Source: a virus. Taken from it: a stretch of DNA of 64,000 nucleotides. The notes under the pieces are model-generated. The model was not told where the DNA came from. It did no database searches and worked only from the letters and a program-made list of their open reading frames with translations. The position numbers were made by a program, and so were the translations under genes. Where the stretch lies: the IMG/VR virus record IMGVR_UViG_3300042484_003756, positions 8,760 to 72,759 of that record, one strand, 5' to 3'. Shown here piece after piece: positions 57,401 to 64,000 of the stretch; position 1 is the first letter of the stretch, and every line of letters begins with the position of its first letter.

Positions 57401-60400
57401 ACAAAATGGCCCTTTTTATGGAATATCTAGAGTTACTAAAATAAACTTAGAAAATTCTTTGATGGAATTAGGAGATATAGAATTATATAGACAAAATTCA
57501 TTGGCTAATTTTGTTATTTCTGGAGATCAGAATACTTTTGAAGCAAAAACAAAATTTATTGCCGCAGAAAATGCAAATACTTCAGGTGTTCCAACAGAAA
57601 CCCAGTACTATACAAGAAGATTTTGGCAACAAAACACAGATGGCAGAGATGAAGAAGAAGGCGATATAAACTGGCAATTTACTTCTACTGCTTCAGTAAG
57701 TTTTTGGACCTTATTTCCAAAAACAATTTCAGAATTGTGTGATGATATAAATAAAGTTGATTATTATGTTGCTCCTCGTTGGTTAAATCCCAATAATCCT
57801 TATTCAGCAATAACAAGACACCCAGGATGGATGGCTACAAAAGTTGATAAGTCTTTCCCGACTGATCCTGTAACTGGTGAAAGAATTTATGGTAATTTAC
57901 TTGATCCTGACTACTTGAACTCTGATTCTGGTTATGCATCTTGGTTGTATGGTGGCGGAGTATTAGCTATACCAAGTGGTAAAAACAGCGGATCAGGAAC
58001 CTCTTATATAACTTCCATAGATGTAAATTTCAACGAAGTAAAGTCCATATTAGCTCAAACTATTTTCCATAGAATTAATGCTGATTTTCCCCCAGGTAAG
58101 CCAGATTTATTCGGCAACTCATCACTTAGAAACGAAGATGGAACAGTGCAAGAATCCACACTGCATCTTCGTGGTGGTTTCATAGCAAGAGGACCTGGAT
58201 ACGGTCTCATTTTACCTCCTAAAAAAAGCACCGCAGAAGATGTTAGAAAAGCTAATTTAATTGAAGTTTCAACTAATACTAATAAAGGATCTTCCGAATC
58301 AGATTCAAAAGGATATTTTCAAACATCATCACCATTTGGCAAAAATAAAATTGACCATTATATTGAACTAGAAAAATCTAAAAATTTTACCACACCATCA
58401 AGTTACAGAAGCTCAACAAGAAAATTCGCACAAGCCAAAAGAGAAAGAGCTGCGTATAAAGGTGGAAAACAAAATGTTGCAACAAACCTTTCAGCTTGTG
58501 AGTCTGGTTTTGAAAAATCTATAGTAATTGCTTATACTGTTCCGACGACAAAACCAGGTGAAGAAAATCAAACTGCAATTATCACCACAGATTCATTTTT
58601 CACTCAGCAATATGAAAAATATCCAGTAGGCTACAATACAATAACTGGAACTGGTGTAACTATCAAAGGTGAATTTCCATTTGTTCTAGGTTCAGAAACT
58701 CATATTAATCAAACATCAAGAGTAAATGCATTTTTATTTACTGAAAAAAACTCAAGTAAAACAGCTACAAATTCTCATTATTATGAAAGTTTAATTGCAG
58801 CTAATACAGATATGAGAAATAAACTTTCTTGGTTTCCATTTATTGATGGAGAAGCTAAGACAGATGCTAATTTTTCTACTTTATCAAAAGCATTTACTGG
58901 TACAAAATATAATTCATATGCAGTTTCTGATCAAGCTCCTCAATTGTTCAATGTAGGATACGCAGACCCTGGAGCAATTGTTTTTAGATCAGTATCTTTA
59001 AACACAACTAGTATAAACGCTCCAATCACAGATAAAACTATTTTTATTGATGGAGTTGCTCCTACATACATATCTGATTTCAGATTGCTTGAACCAATAA
59101 GCTCATCTGGAACAGCTTATTCTTCATTCCCAACAGTATCTCAAATTTCTTCAAGAGAATACATAGTCGCTTACTCATTGAATTCAAATCCTAGACAAAT
59201 AAATTTTAAGATAATTTCAGATTACCAAGCCCTAGATAAAAATGTATTGTTTGATCTAGATGCACTTACTGGAAATACTCTTTCAGATAAATATAATATT
59301 TATGGATTGACTTCAGATTATGATGAAAAATTAAACTTACACAGATCAATATTTTGGTGTAATGGTGGAATATATTATTTTGAATACAATTTGTCATCTA
59401 AAGTTCTAGGCGCTAAGAGATCAGATAAGCTACATTTGATCAAAGGCAAGTTAGATGAAGCTTTAGTCACAGAATTAATCAACAGAAGTAATATAGTTAC
59501 TTATTATGATTCTCAAAGTGAATTAAATGCTGAAGTCCCCAAACAAAAACCAGCTTTAATTTCATGCAAAAAACAAGATTATAACGGGAAAGTTTTAGTT
59601 GCTTATGATTCTGGTAAATGTTATATAGAGGCAGTTCTTTTTGACCCTTATGCAGATATCTTGGGTACAAGAAAATTTGATATAGAATGTGTAAATACTC
59701 CTGATTCAACAGTAAAAGACTCAACTCCAGTAGCAGATATCCAAGCTAATCCTATAAGTGGACAATCTGCATTGTTAGTAAATTTCTTATCAACAAATTC
59801 TTATGATCCAGGTGGAAGTACATTAACTTATGCTTGGAATTTTGGTGATGAAACTCAATCTACAGAAGAAAATCCAGTTCATACTTTTGTAAATAACACG
59901 ACTGATCCAATACAATTTAAAGTTACTCTTATTGTTACAAATACTAATGGTATTAGTAGTGATTCAGCTTCAATTGTAATTACTGTAAATCCAGCTCCAG
60001 TTAACAACCTATTACCTCAAGCTAAGTTTTCTGCAACTCCAACTTCTGGAGATGTAACACTCACTGTTACATTCACAGATCAATCTACTCCAGCAAATGA
60101 CAATTCATTCTTACAAATTTATGAATGGGATTTTGGAGATGGAAACACTTCTATAAAATTTGACAATGCATCATTTACTTATGATTACACAAGATCAGGT
60201 ACATTTGTTCCATCTTTAAAAGTTAAAGATAATTTGGAAAGAATTTCTGTTAAGTTTGTAGGACCAACTATCAATGTCAATGGTGTTTCAAACAATCCAC
60301 CAGCACCAGGATTTAGATCAGCTCAAACATCTTTTGCACCAACATTGAAAGTTCAATTTACAGATACGTCAAGCGATGATGAGGGTCCAATAGTAGCTTG

Positions 60401-63400
60401 GAACTGGAAATTTGGCGACGATCAAACCGCAGATGTTCAAAATCCTGAACATATTTATGCTTCACCTGGAAAGTACTTAGTTATGTTGACTGTAACTGAT
60501 TCAGGTGGTCTACAAGCTTCAGGATCAAAAGAAATTACAGTACTCCCTCCAGGCAACAATCCTCCTATTGCTAACTTTTCCTATTCACAACAAAACAGAA
60601 AATTAGTAATTGATTTTACAGATACGTCTACAGATTCTGATGGAGCAATTACAACTTGGAATTGGGATTTTGGTGATAATTCTTTTGACACAATTCAAAA
60701 TCCATCACATTCTTATTTGTCATCTGGAAATTATCAAGTTTCTGTAACTGTAACTGATAATGGTGGAAAAACAACCAGTATTACCAAAAACGTAGTAGTT
60801 AATCCATTAGTAAATCAATCTCCTATTATCTCGAATGTGACTGGAATTCAGACAAGTTTCAAGCCTTTGGTAGGTAAATTTACAGAGGTTTCTTCAGATC
60901 CAGATGGATTTATAACAAATTGGGATTGGAATTTTGGCGATGGATCAGCATTTTCAACAACTGATTCAACCCTTAAAAATCCAACTCATACTTATCTTTT
61001 CCCAGGAATATATACAGTCTCATTAATCGTAACTGACGATGGATTGCCAGATGGAACAAATAAAAAAACTACAACATCATCTATTCAGTTCACTGTTTCT
61101 CCTCCTCCAGCAAATCAACCTCCCATAGCTTTATTTACTGTAGACACTAATAATGTTTTTGCTCCAGTCGTAATTAATTTTACTGACGCATCAACTGATG
61201 CTGATGGCAGGATAGTAAGTTGGTTATGGGAATTTGAAACAGGAAGATCTGTATTTTACAATGCTCAAACATATCAAAAAACAGTTGCTTACACTTTCAA
61301 TAAGTCAGGAACATACCCAGTCAAATTAACTGTAAGAGATGATGGTAATTTGTCAAATACATATGTTTTAGATATAGTTATTAAAAATAACGTCCCTGTT
61401 CCAATATTATCAGCTTCACCTAATCCAGTCTTGTCACAAACATTAGTATCTTTCTTTGGTAATAATTCATATGACTCTGATGGCAATATAACTAAATATG
61501 CTTGGGATTTTGGTGATGGAACAGTCATTGTTCAAGGAACAACATTTGAATCACATACTTATTCTAAACCAGGAACGTATAAATCATCTTTGACAGTTAC
61601 TGATAATATTGGTGATTCTTCAACTGCTAATTTATTAATTACAGTAACAAACAGAAACCCAGTAGCTAGAATTACCTACACCAGTTTGAATGTTAAAGCT
61701 CCAGGAAGTTTAACTTTGAACGGAGATACTTCATCAGATCAAGATGGAATTATTGTTTCTTACAACTGGACTGTTTCAAATGGTTTGTCAGCTTCAACCC
61801 CAAATGCTACATTTAACTTTACTACAGAAGGCACATACACAGTTACTTTATTAGTTACAGATGATTCAGGGGGTACAAATTCAACAAGCGTAATCGTTAC
61901 AGTAACACCTCCTGATAATGTTCTACCAATTGCTATATTAGTAACGGATAAAAACTCTGGTGTTATAAACGATACATTTATTTTTAACTCATCAAGCTCA
62001 TATGATCCTGATGGAAATATTATATTATATAAATTAGATTTTGGTGATGGTACTACTACTCAATTTGTGACTCCTGCGCTTGTGTCTCATATATATAAAT
62101 CCATTGGGGTATTTACAGCGAAGTTATCTGTTATTGATAATAGAAATGGTATTAGTGTTGAAACATTAAATTCTGTTCAAAAAATTATTATCAACAATCA
62201 GCCACCTATTGCTAATTTTACTTTTGGACCAAATAATGCTTTTACTTTTGATCCAGTTACTTTTACGGACACTTCAACTGATCCAGATAATGCTATAAAT
62301 AAATGGGTATGGAATTTCGGAGATGGTACAACCTTTACAACTACAGATCCTTTACAAAAATCACCACAAAAGTCATATGATAAGGGAAATAAAGACTATG
62401 TAGTTTCCTTGACAGTGTATGATAATTTAGGTTTATTTAGTACAGTTACTCAAACTGTCAGAATTAATAACAGAAAGCCATTTGCAGTTATCTCAACAAA
62501 TAAAACTGCTAACAATAATACTATAGTTGGTATTGCTCCATTTACTGTTGTTTTTGATTCTAATTCTTATGATTTGGATGGCTCAGTTGTAAATTATGAA
62601 TGGTACTTAAACGGAATTTCTGGTACTCCAATCACAACAAAATCTTTCACATACACTTTCATTAATGCAAGATTTACACCATACGTAGTCACATTAAGAG
62701 TTCAAGATGATGATGGAGAATTTAGTGATTTAGCATATATTGGAGTCAAAGTTAATGCTCCAAATATTCCACCAGTTGCAGTCATAAGAGCTAACCCTGC
62801 TTCAAGAACTAGACAAGCTCCGGTAACTGTAGACTTTTCAGGTGCCGGGAGTTACGACCCAGATAACGTTGATGGTCCTTTGATTTATTCTTGGGATTTT
62901 GGGAATGGTAGTTTTTCAGATCAAATTAATGCTTCTACTGTTTATTCACAACCAGGTACATACAAAGTATCATTGACTGTTACAGACAACTTAGCAGCAA
63001 CAAATACAGCTACTTTAGACTACATAGTGCTAAATAATAAACCCGTAGCATTATTAGATACAGTGCCATCAGGAATTGTAGCAGTAAAACTTAATACTCC
63101 AATAGTATTTACTTCATCAGGAAGTTTTGATACTGACATAAATCAATTTATTAATGGATACAAATGGCTCAAAGACGGAGTAAATCAAAACTCTAATACT
63201 CCAACTTTCGAAACATCTTTTGACAGTGTTGGAAATCATACAATAACTTTAAGTGTATTTGATAATTTAGGACTAGAATCTGATTTAGTTAATAAAACTG
63301 TTTTTGTTTTTGACGATCCTATACCACCACCAAATCAAAATCCTATTGCTATTCTTGGTAATGAGCCAAGTGTTTCAGGATATGTTGAATTAAAAGTTGG

Positions 63401-64000
63401 TGATAGTTTTACTTTCAATGGTGCTAATTCTTATGATGTTGAAGATGGATTTAACATTACTTATGAATGGTCTATAGATGGCGTAAAGTCTGGTTTTACT
63501 TCAACATTTACTAATCAGTTTAATACAGCTGGAATATTTACTATTAGTCTTGTAGTATTTGATACTAAAAAATTATCATCAACAACAGCAACTAATTTGG
63601 GTAACAGAAATGAAATTCAAGTAAATGTGTCTGCCGTTTCAAATCCTCTTACTAATAAATTATTTTCATCAGGGCAAGCGTTGTATGGGGCAATTGCAAG
63701 TGGATCTAATACTCCAGATAGATATGGCTTTCAATTAGTTGATGATACTAAACAATACACTGTAATAGAAAGTGGCTTATATCATACGTTTGTAATTGAT
63801 GTAGATGGAAAACTCTATGCAAGTGGTTCAAATAGTAATGGACAACTTGGTTTTTCATCAAACATTACACAGCAAAATTCTCTGACATTAGTACCTCTTG
63901 CTTCAAAATATAAAGTTGTCAAAGTTTCTGCAGGCGATCTTTGCTCAGCTATAATTGCACAAGATACAACTACAAGTAAAAGAGTTTTATTGGTTTGTGG
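54456..64000 (+). CDS. 3'-truncated giant protein (>3180 aa) with ~14 tandem PKD domains and RCC1-like repeats; putative adhesin/tail fibre
   Basis: ATG 54456 lies 3 nt after the upstream stop. The same frame reads as protein at the start, middle and window end, and the ORF track shows no terminated + ORF here. WDFGDG-type motifs recur at ~59.7-63.6 kb and GSNSNGQLG / VSAG motifs appear from ~63.65 kb. Confidence 0.85.
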   Translation, partial: MATYKTDRDRNYGFVGKFKFNYTVRFDDQGAIIDFGRVSVLAGAYIIFRQGLEFTAEISIGRAFPGSVADSISDGGGFNWFGETADRFKLTIPIYKLGDNFGNKIPLLFKLKGTGVDLRGSFILDVQPPKDENIDSFFNIGGSNINNLGKRYYRDISGTVEGYIYKGNPLLEMVEILEHYPLKENRVPNTCQTTNQVWNPEELTEKTVRQWPKYTTLNWFETIDFSKKARVGIYIIHTKSNGQTSRFSKFQDYAPDSFERVFYGVSKTAYAWQSLDRSGASIPTSGYIKVGGNVNYTDYTIPPLVSPNGTVTEDTWDLKSDSNWKGKAKISLYQEPSRNVTFDSQIYNWDKPYTDYLKGYIAGFKSEGKREEKNFECKNKKIVIPTFETVETRSGKISGSQTYVTYTVEEIFLTADNRTTREQILLSSPIIDFSNQQKWIFGAIDRRTAPEEFDTLLSPTKYMDYPEKFVRLTCGCQDINEESRFRTLDFDEDFFGCAPIPLRGWKFNAMTLKQNQTLKIPGESNSRTFTGDTNNPKYYGDLNLSGFRYLKIKARSKNNDSQSANLQIFEIAKGPKQNQNTIVENEKSFLVNTNSDKFSSLTIDLCNPDNKIDFVDNQDSPYPRLNTYTTSVPSVSYNLGFLSAENKPKDDFLITKPALDRESDNWINDDIKKSISNSGFVYISNDSDATIDYFEVDPRRFPKAGVGTNIIFGRPRIINGKIKLAKYWNPQEIGNDPDYRKTLYLYVPKNDLTKDKTIYKLLNQSEDKTFPDEFEIFDYAYNFPDITDVVARVTSKFVDGNNTIFITNISAYDKNQDLPYDAIQVENTQGITKKYKIFDYVNSVDFSSAYFTLQTTGQFDQNLIFNVNASIKLTFFDQTTDDTFNSIVVKFAKVERFNDVYKATLEYAKYDKNSEPNFDGIPITTTNGRENIFSNNAPVITVNPVRLNEYIFPKDSLLRTRISPSNTGNEVTAIDDYPQDEVQNGPFYGISRVTKINLENSLMELGDIELYRQNSLANFVISGDQNTFEAKTKFIAAENANTSGVPTETQYYTRRFWQQNTDGRDEEEGDINWQFTSTASVSFWTLFPKTISELCDDINKVDYYVAPRWLNPNNPYSAITRHPGWMATKVDKSFPTDPVTGERIYGNLLDPDYLNSDSGYASWLYGGGVLAIPSGKNSGSGTSYITSIDVNFNEVKSILAQTIFHRINADFPPGKPDLFGNSSLRNEDGTVQESTLHLRGGFIARGPGYGLILPPKKSTAEDVRKANLIEVSTNTNKGSSESDSKGYFQTSSPFGKNKIDHYIELEKSKNFTTPSSYRSSTRKFAQAKRERAAYKGGKQNVATNLSACESGFEKSIVIAYTVPTTKPGEENQTAIITTDSFFTQQYEKYPVGYNTITGTGVTIKGEFPFVLGSETHINQTSRVNAFLFTEKNSSKTATNSHYYESLIAANTDMRNKLSWFPFIDGEAKTDANFSTLSKAFTGTKYNSYAVSDQAPQLFNVGYADPGAIVFRSVSLNTTSINAPITDKTIFIDGVAPTYISDFRLLEPISSSGTAYSSFPTVSQISSREYIVAYSLNSNPRQINFKIISDYQALDKNVLFDLDALTGNTLSDKYNIYGLTSDYDEKLNLHRSIFWCNGGIYYFEYNLSSKVLGAKRSDKLHLIKGKLDEALVTELINRSNIVTYYDSQSELNAEVPKQKPALISCKKQDYNGKVLVAYDSGKCYIEAVLFDPYADILGTRKFDIECVNTPDSTVKDSTPVADIQANPISGQSALLVNFLSTNSYDPGGSTLTYAWNFGDETQSTEENPVHTFVNNTTDPIQFKVTLIVTNTNGISSDSASIVITVNPAPVNNLLPQAKFSATPTSGDVTLTVTFTDQSTPANDNSFLQIYEWDFGDGNTSIKFDNASFTYDYTRSGTFVPSLKVKDNLERISVKFVGPTINVNGVSNNPPAPGFRSAQTSFAPTLKVQFTDTSSDDEGPIVAWNWKFGDDQTADVQNPEHIYASPGKYLVMLTVTDSGGLQASGSKEITVLPPGNNPPIANFSYSQQNRKLVIDFTDTSTDSDGAITTWNWDFGDNSFDTIQNPSHSYLSSGNYQVSVTVTDNGGKTTSITKNVVVNPLVNQSPIISNVTGIQTSFKPLVGKFTEVSSDPDGFITNWDWNFGDGSAFSTTDSTLKNPTHTYLFPGIYTVSLIVTDDGLPDGTNKKTTTSSIQFTVSPPPANQPPIALFTVDTNNVFAPVVINFTDASTDADGRIVSWLWEFETGRSVFYNAQTYQKTVAYTFNKSGTYPVKLTVRDDGNLSNTYVLDIVIKNNVPVPILSASPNPVLSQTLVSFFGNNSYDSDGNITKYAWDFGDGTVIVQGTTFESHTYSKPGTYKSSLTVTDNIGDSSTANLLITVTNRNPVARITYTSLNVKAPGSLTLNGDTSSDQDGIIVSYNWTVSNGLSASTPNATFNFTTEGTYTVTLLVTDDSGGTNSTSVIVTVTPPDNVLPIAILVTDKNSGVINDTFIFNSSSSYDPDGNIILYKLDFGDGTTTQFVTPALVSHIYKSIGVFTAKLSVIDNRNGISVETLNSVQKIIINNQPPIANFTFGPNNAFTFDPVTFTDTSTDPDNAINKWVWNFGDGTTFTTTDPLQKSPQKSYDKGNKDYVVSLTVYDNLGLFSTVTQTVRINNRKPFAVISTNKTANNNTIVGIAPFTVVFDSNSYDLDGSVVNYEWYLNGISGTPITTKSFTYTFINARFTPYVVTLRVQDDDGEFSDLAYIGVKVNAPNIPPVAVIRANPASRTRQAPVTVDFSGAGSYDPDNVDGPLIYSWDFGNGSFSDQINASTVYSQPGTYKVSLTVTDNLAATNTATLDYIVLNNKPVALLDTVPSGIVAVKLNTPIVFTSSGSFDTDINQFINGYKWLKDGVNQNSNTPTFETSFDSVGNHTITLSVFDNLGLESDLVNKTVFVFDDPIPPPNQNPIAILGNEPSVSGYVELKVGDSFTFNGANSYDVEDGFNITYEWSIDGVKSGFTSTFTNQFNTAGIFTISLVVFDTKKLSSTTATNLGNRNEIQVNVSAVSNPLTNKLFSSGQALYGAIASGSNTPDRYGFQLVDDTKQYTVIESGLYHTFVIDVDGKLYASGSNSNGQLGFSSNITQQNSLTLVPLASKYKVVKVSAGDLCSAIIAQDTTTSKRVLLVC
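59724..63640 (+). repeat. Tandem array of ~14 PKD (Ig-like) domains, ~90-95 aa each
   Basis: Repeated NxPPxA..F.D.S.D.DG.I..W.WDFGDG..P.H.Y..G.Y.V.LTVTD units, counted manually. Confidence 0.85.

Noticed and set aside
1-64000. Stop-codon reassignment, CRISPR arrays, tRNA/rRNA genes, transposases, diversity-generating retroelement
   Set aside because: Genes are full length and densely packed in the standard code, with TAA, TAG and TGA all used as stops. No repeat-spacer array, structural RNA, transposase or reverse transcriptase was seen by eye; no covariance search was run.

Overview
This window is the virion-morphogenesis region of a large, AT-rich tailed bacteriophage, read in the standard genetic code. 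From left to right: (1) a + strand head module (1-12.7 kb) with putative internal head proteins, a portal with a C-terminal DUF559/Vsr-like nuclease domain, a 1379-aa prohead protease polyprotein, an acidic scaffold-like protein, a decoration-like protein and an HK97-fold major capsid protein; (2) a ~17 kb, 19-gene nucleotide-sugar locus (12.8-29.8 kb) with two PLP-family 3-dehydrases, two TPP systems, a B12 radical SAM enzyme, an aldolase, a DHQ-synthase-like cyclase, SDRs, methyltransferase-like and glycosyltransferase-like genes; (3) a - strand neck/tail module (29.8-46.9 kb) with two tail-tube-like/chaperone-like pairs; (4) + strand genes ending in a >3180-aa PKD-repeat/RCC1 protein that runs off the window and is missing from the ORF track. 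The strongest leads are the portal-nuclease fusion, a recurrent [KR]-x-A motif in head-associated proteins (candidate maturation-protease site), a candidate branched or carbocyclic sugar pathway, and two promoter classes (leaderless TAnAAT-N6/7-ATG and AGGT-N18-GAA). All family assignments come from reading motifs by eye; no database searches were run.
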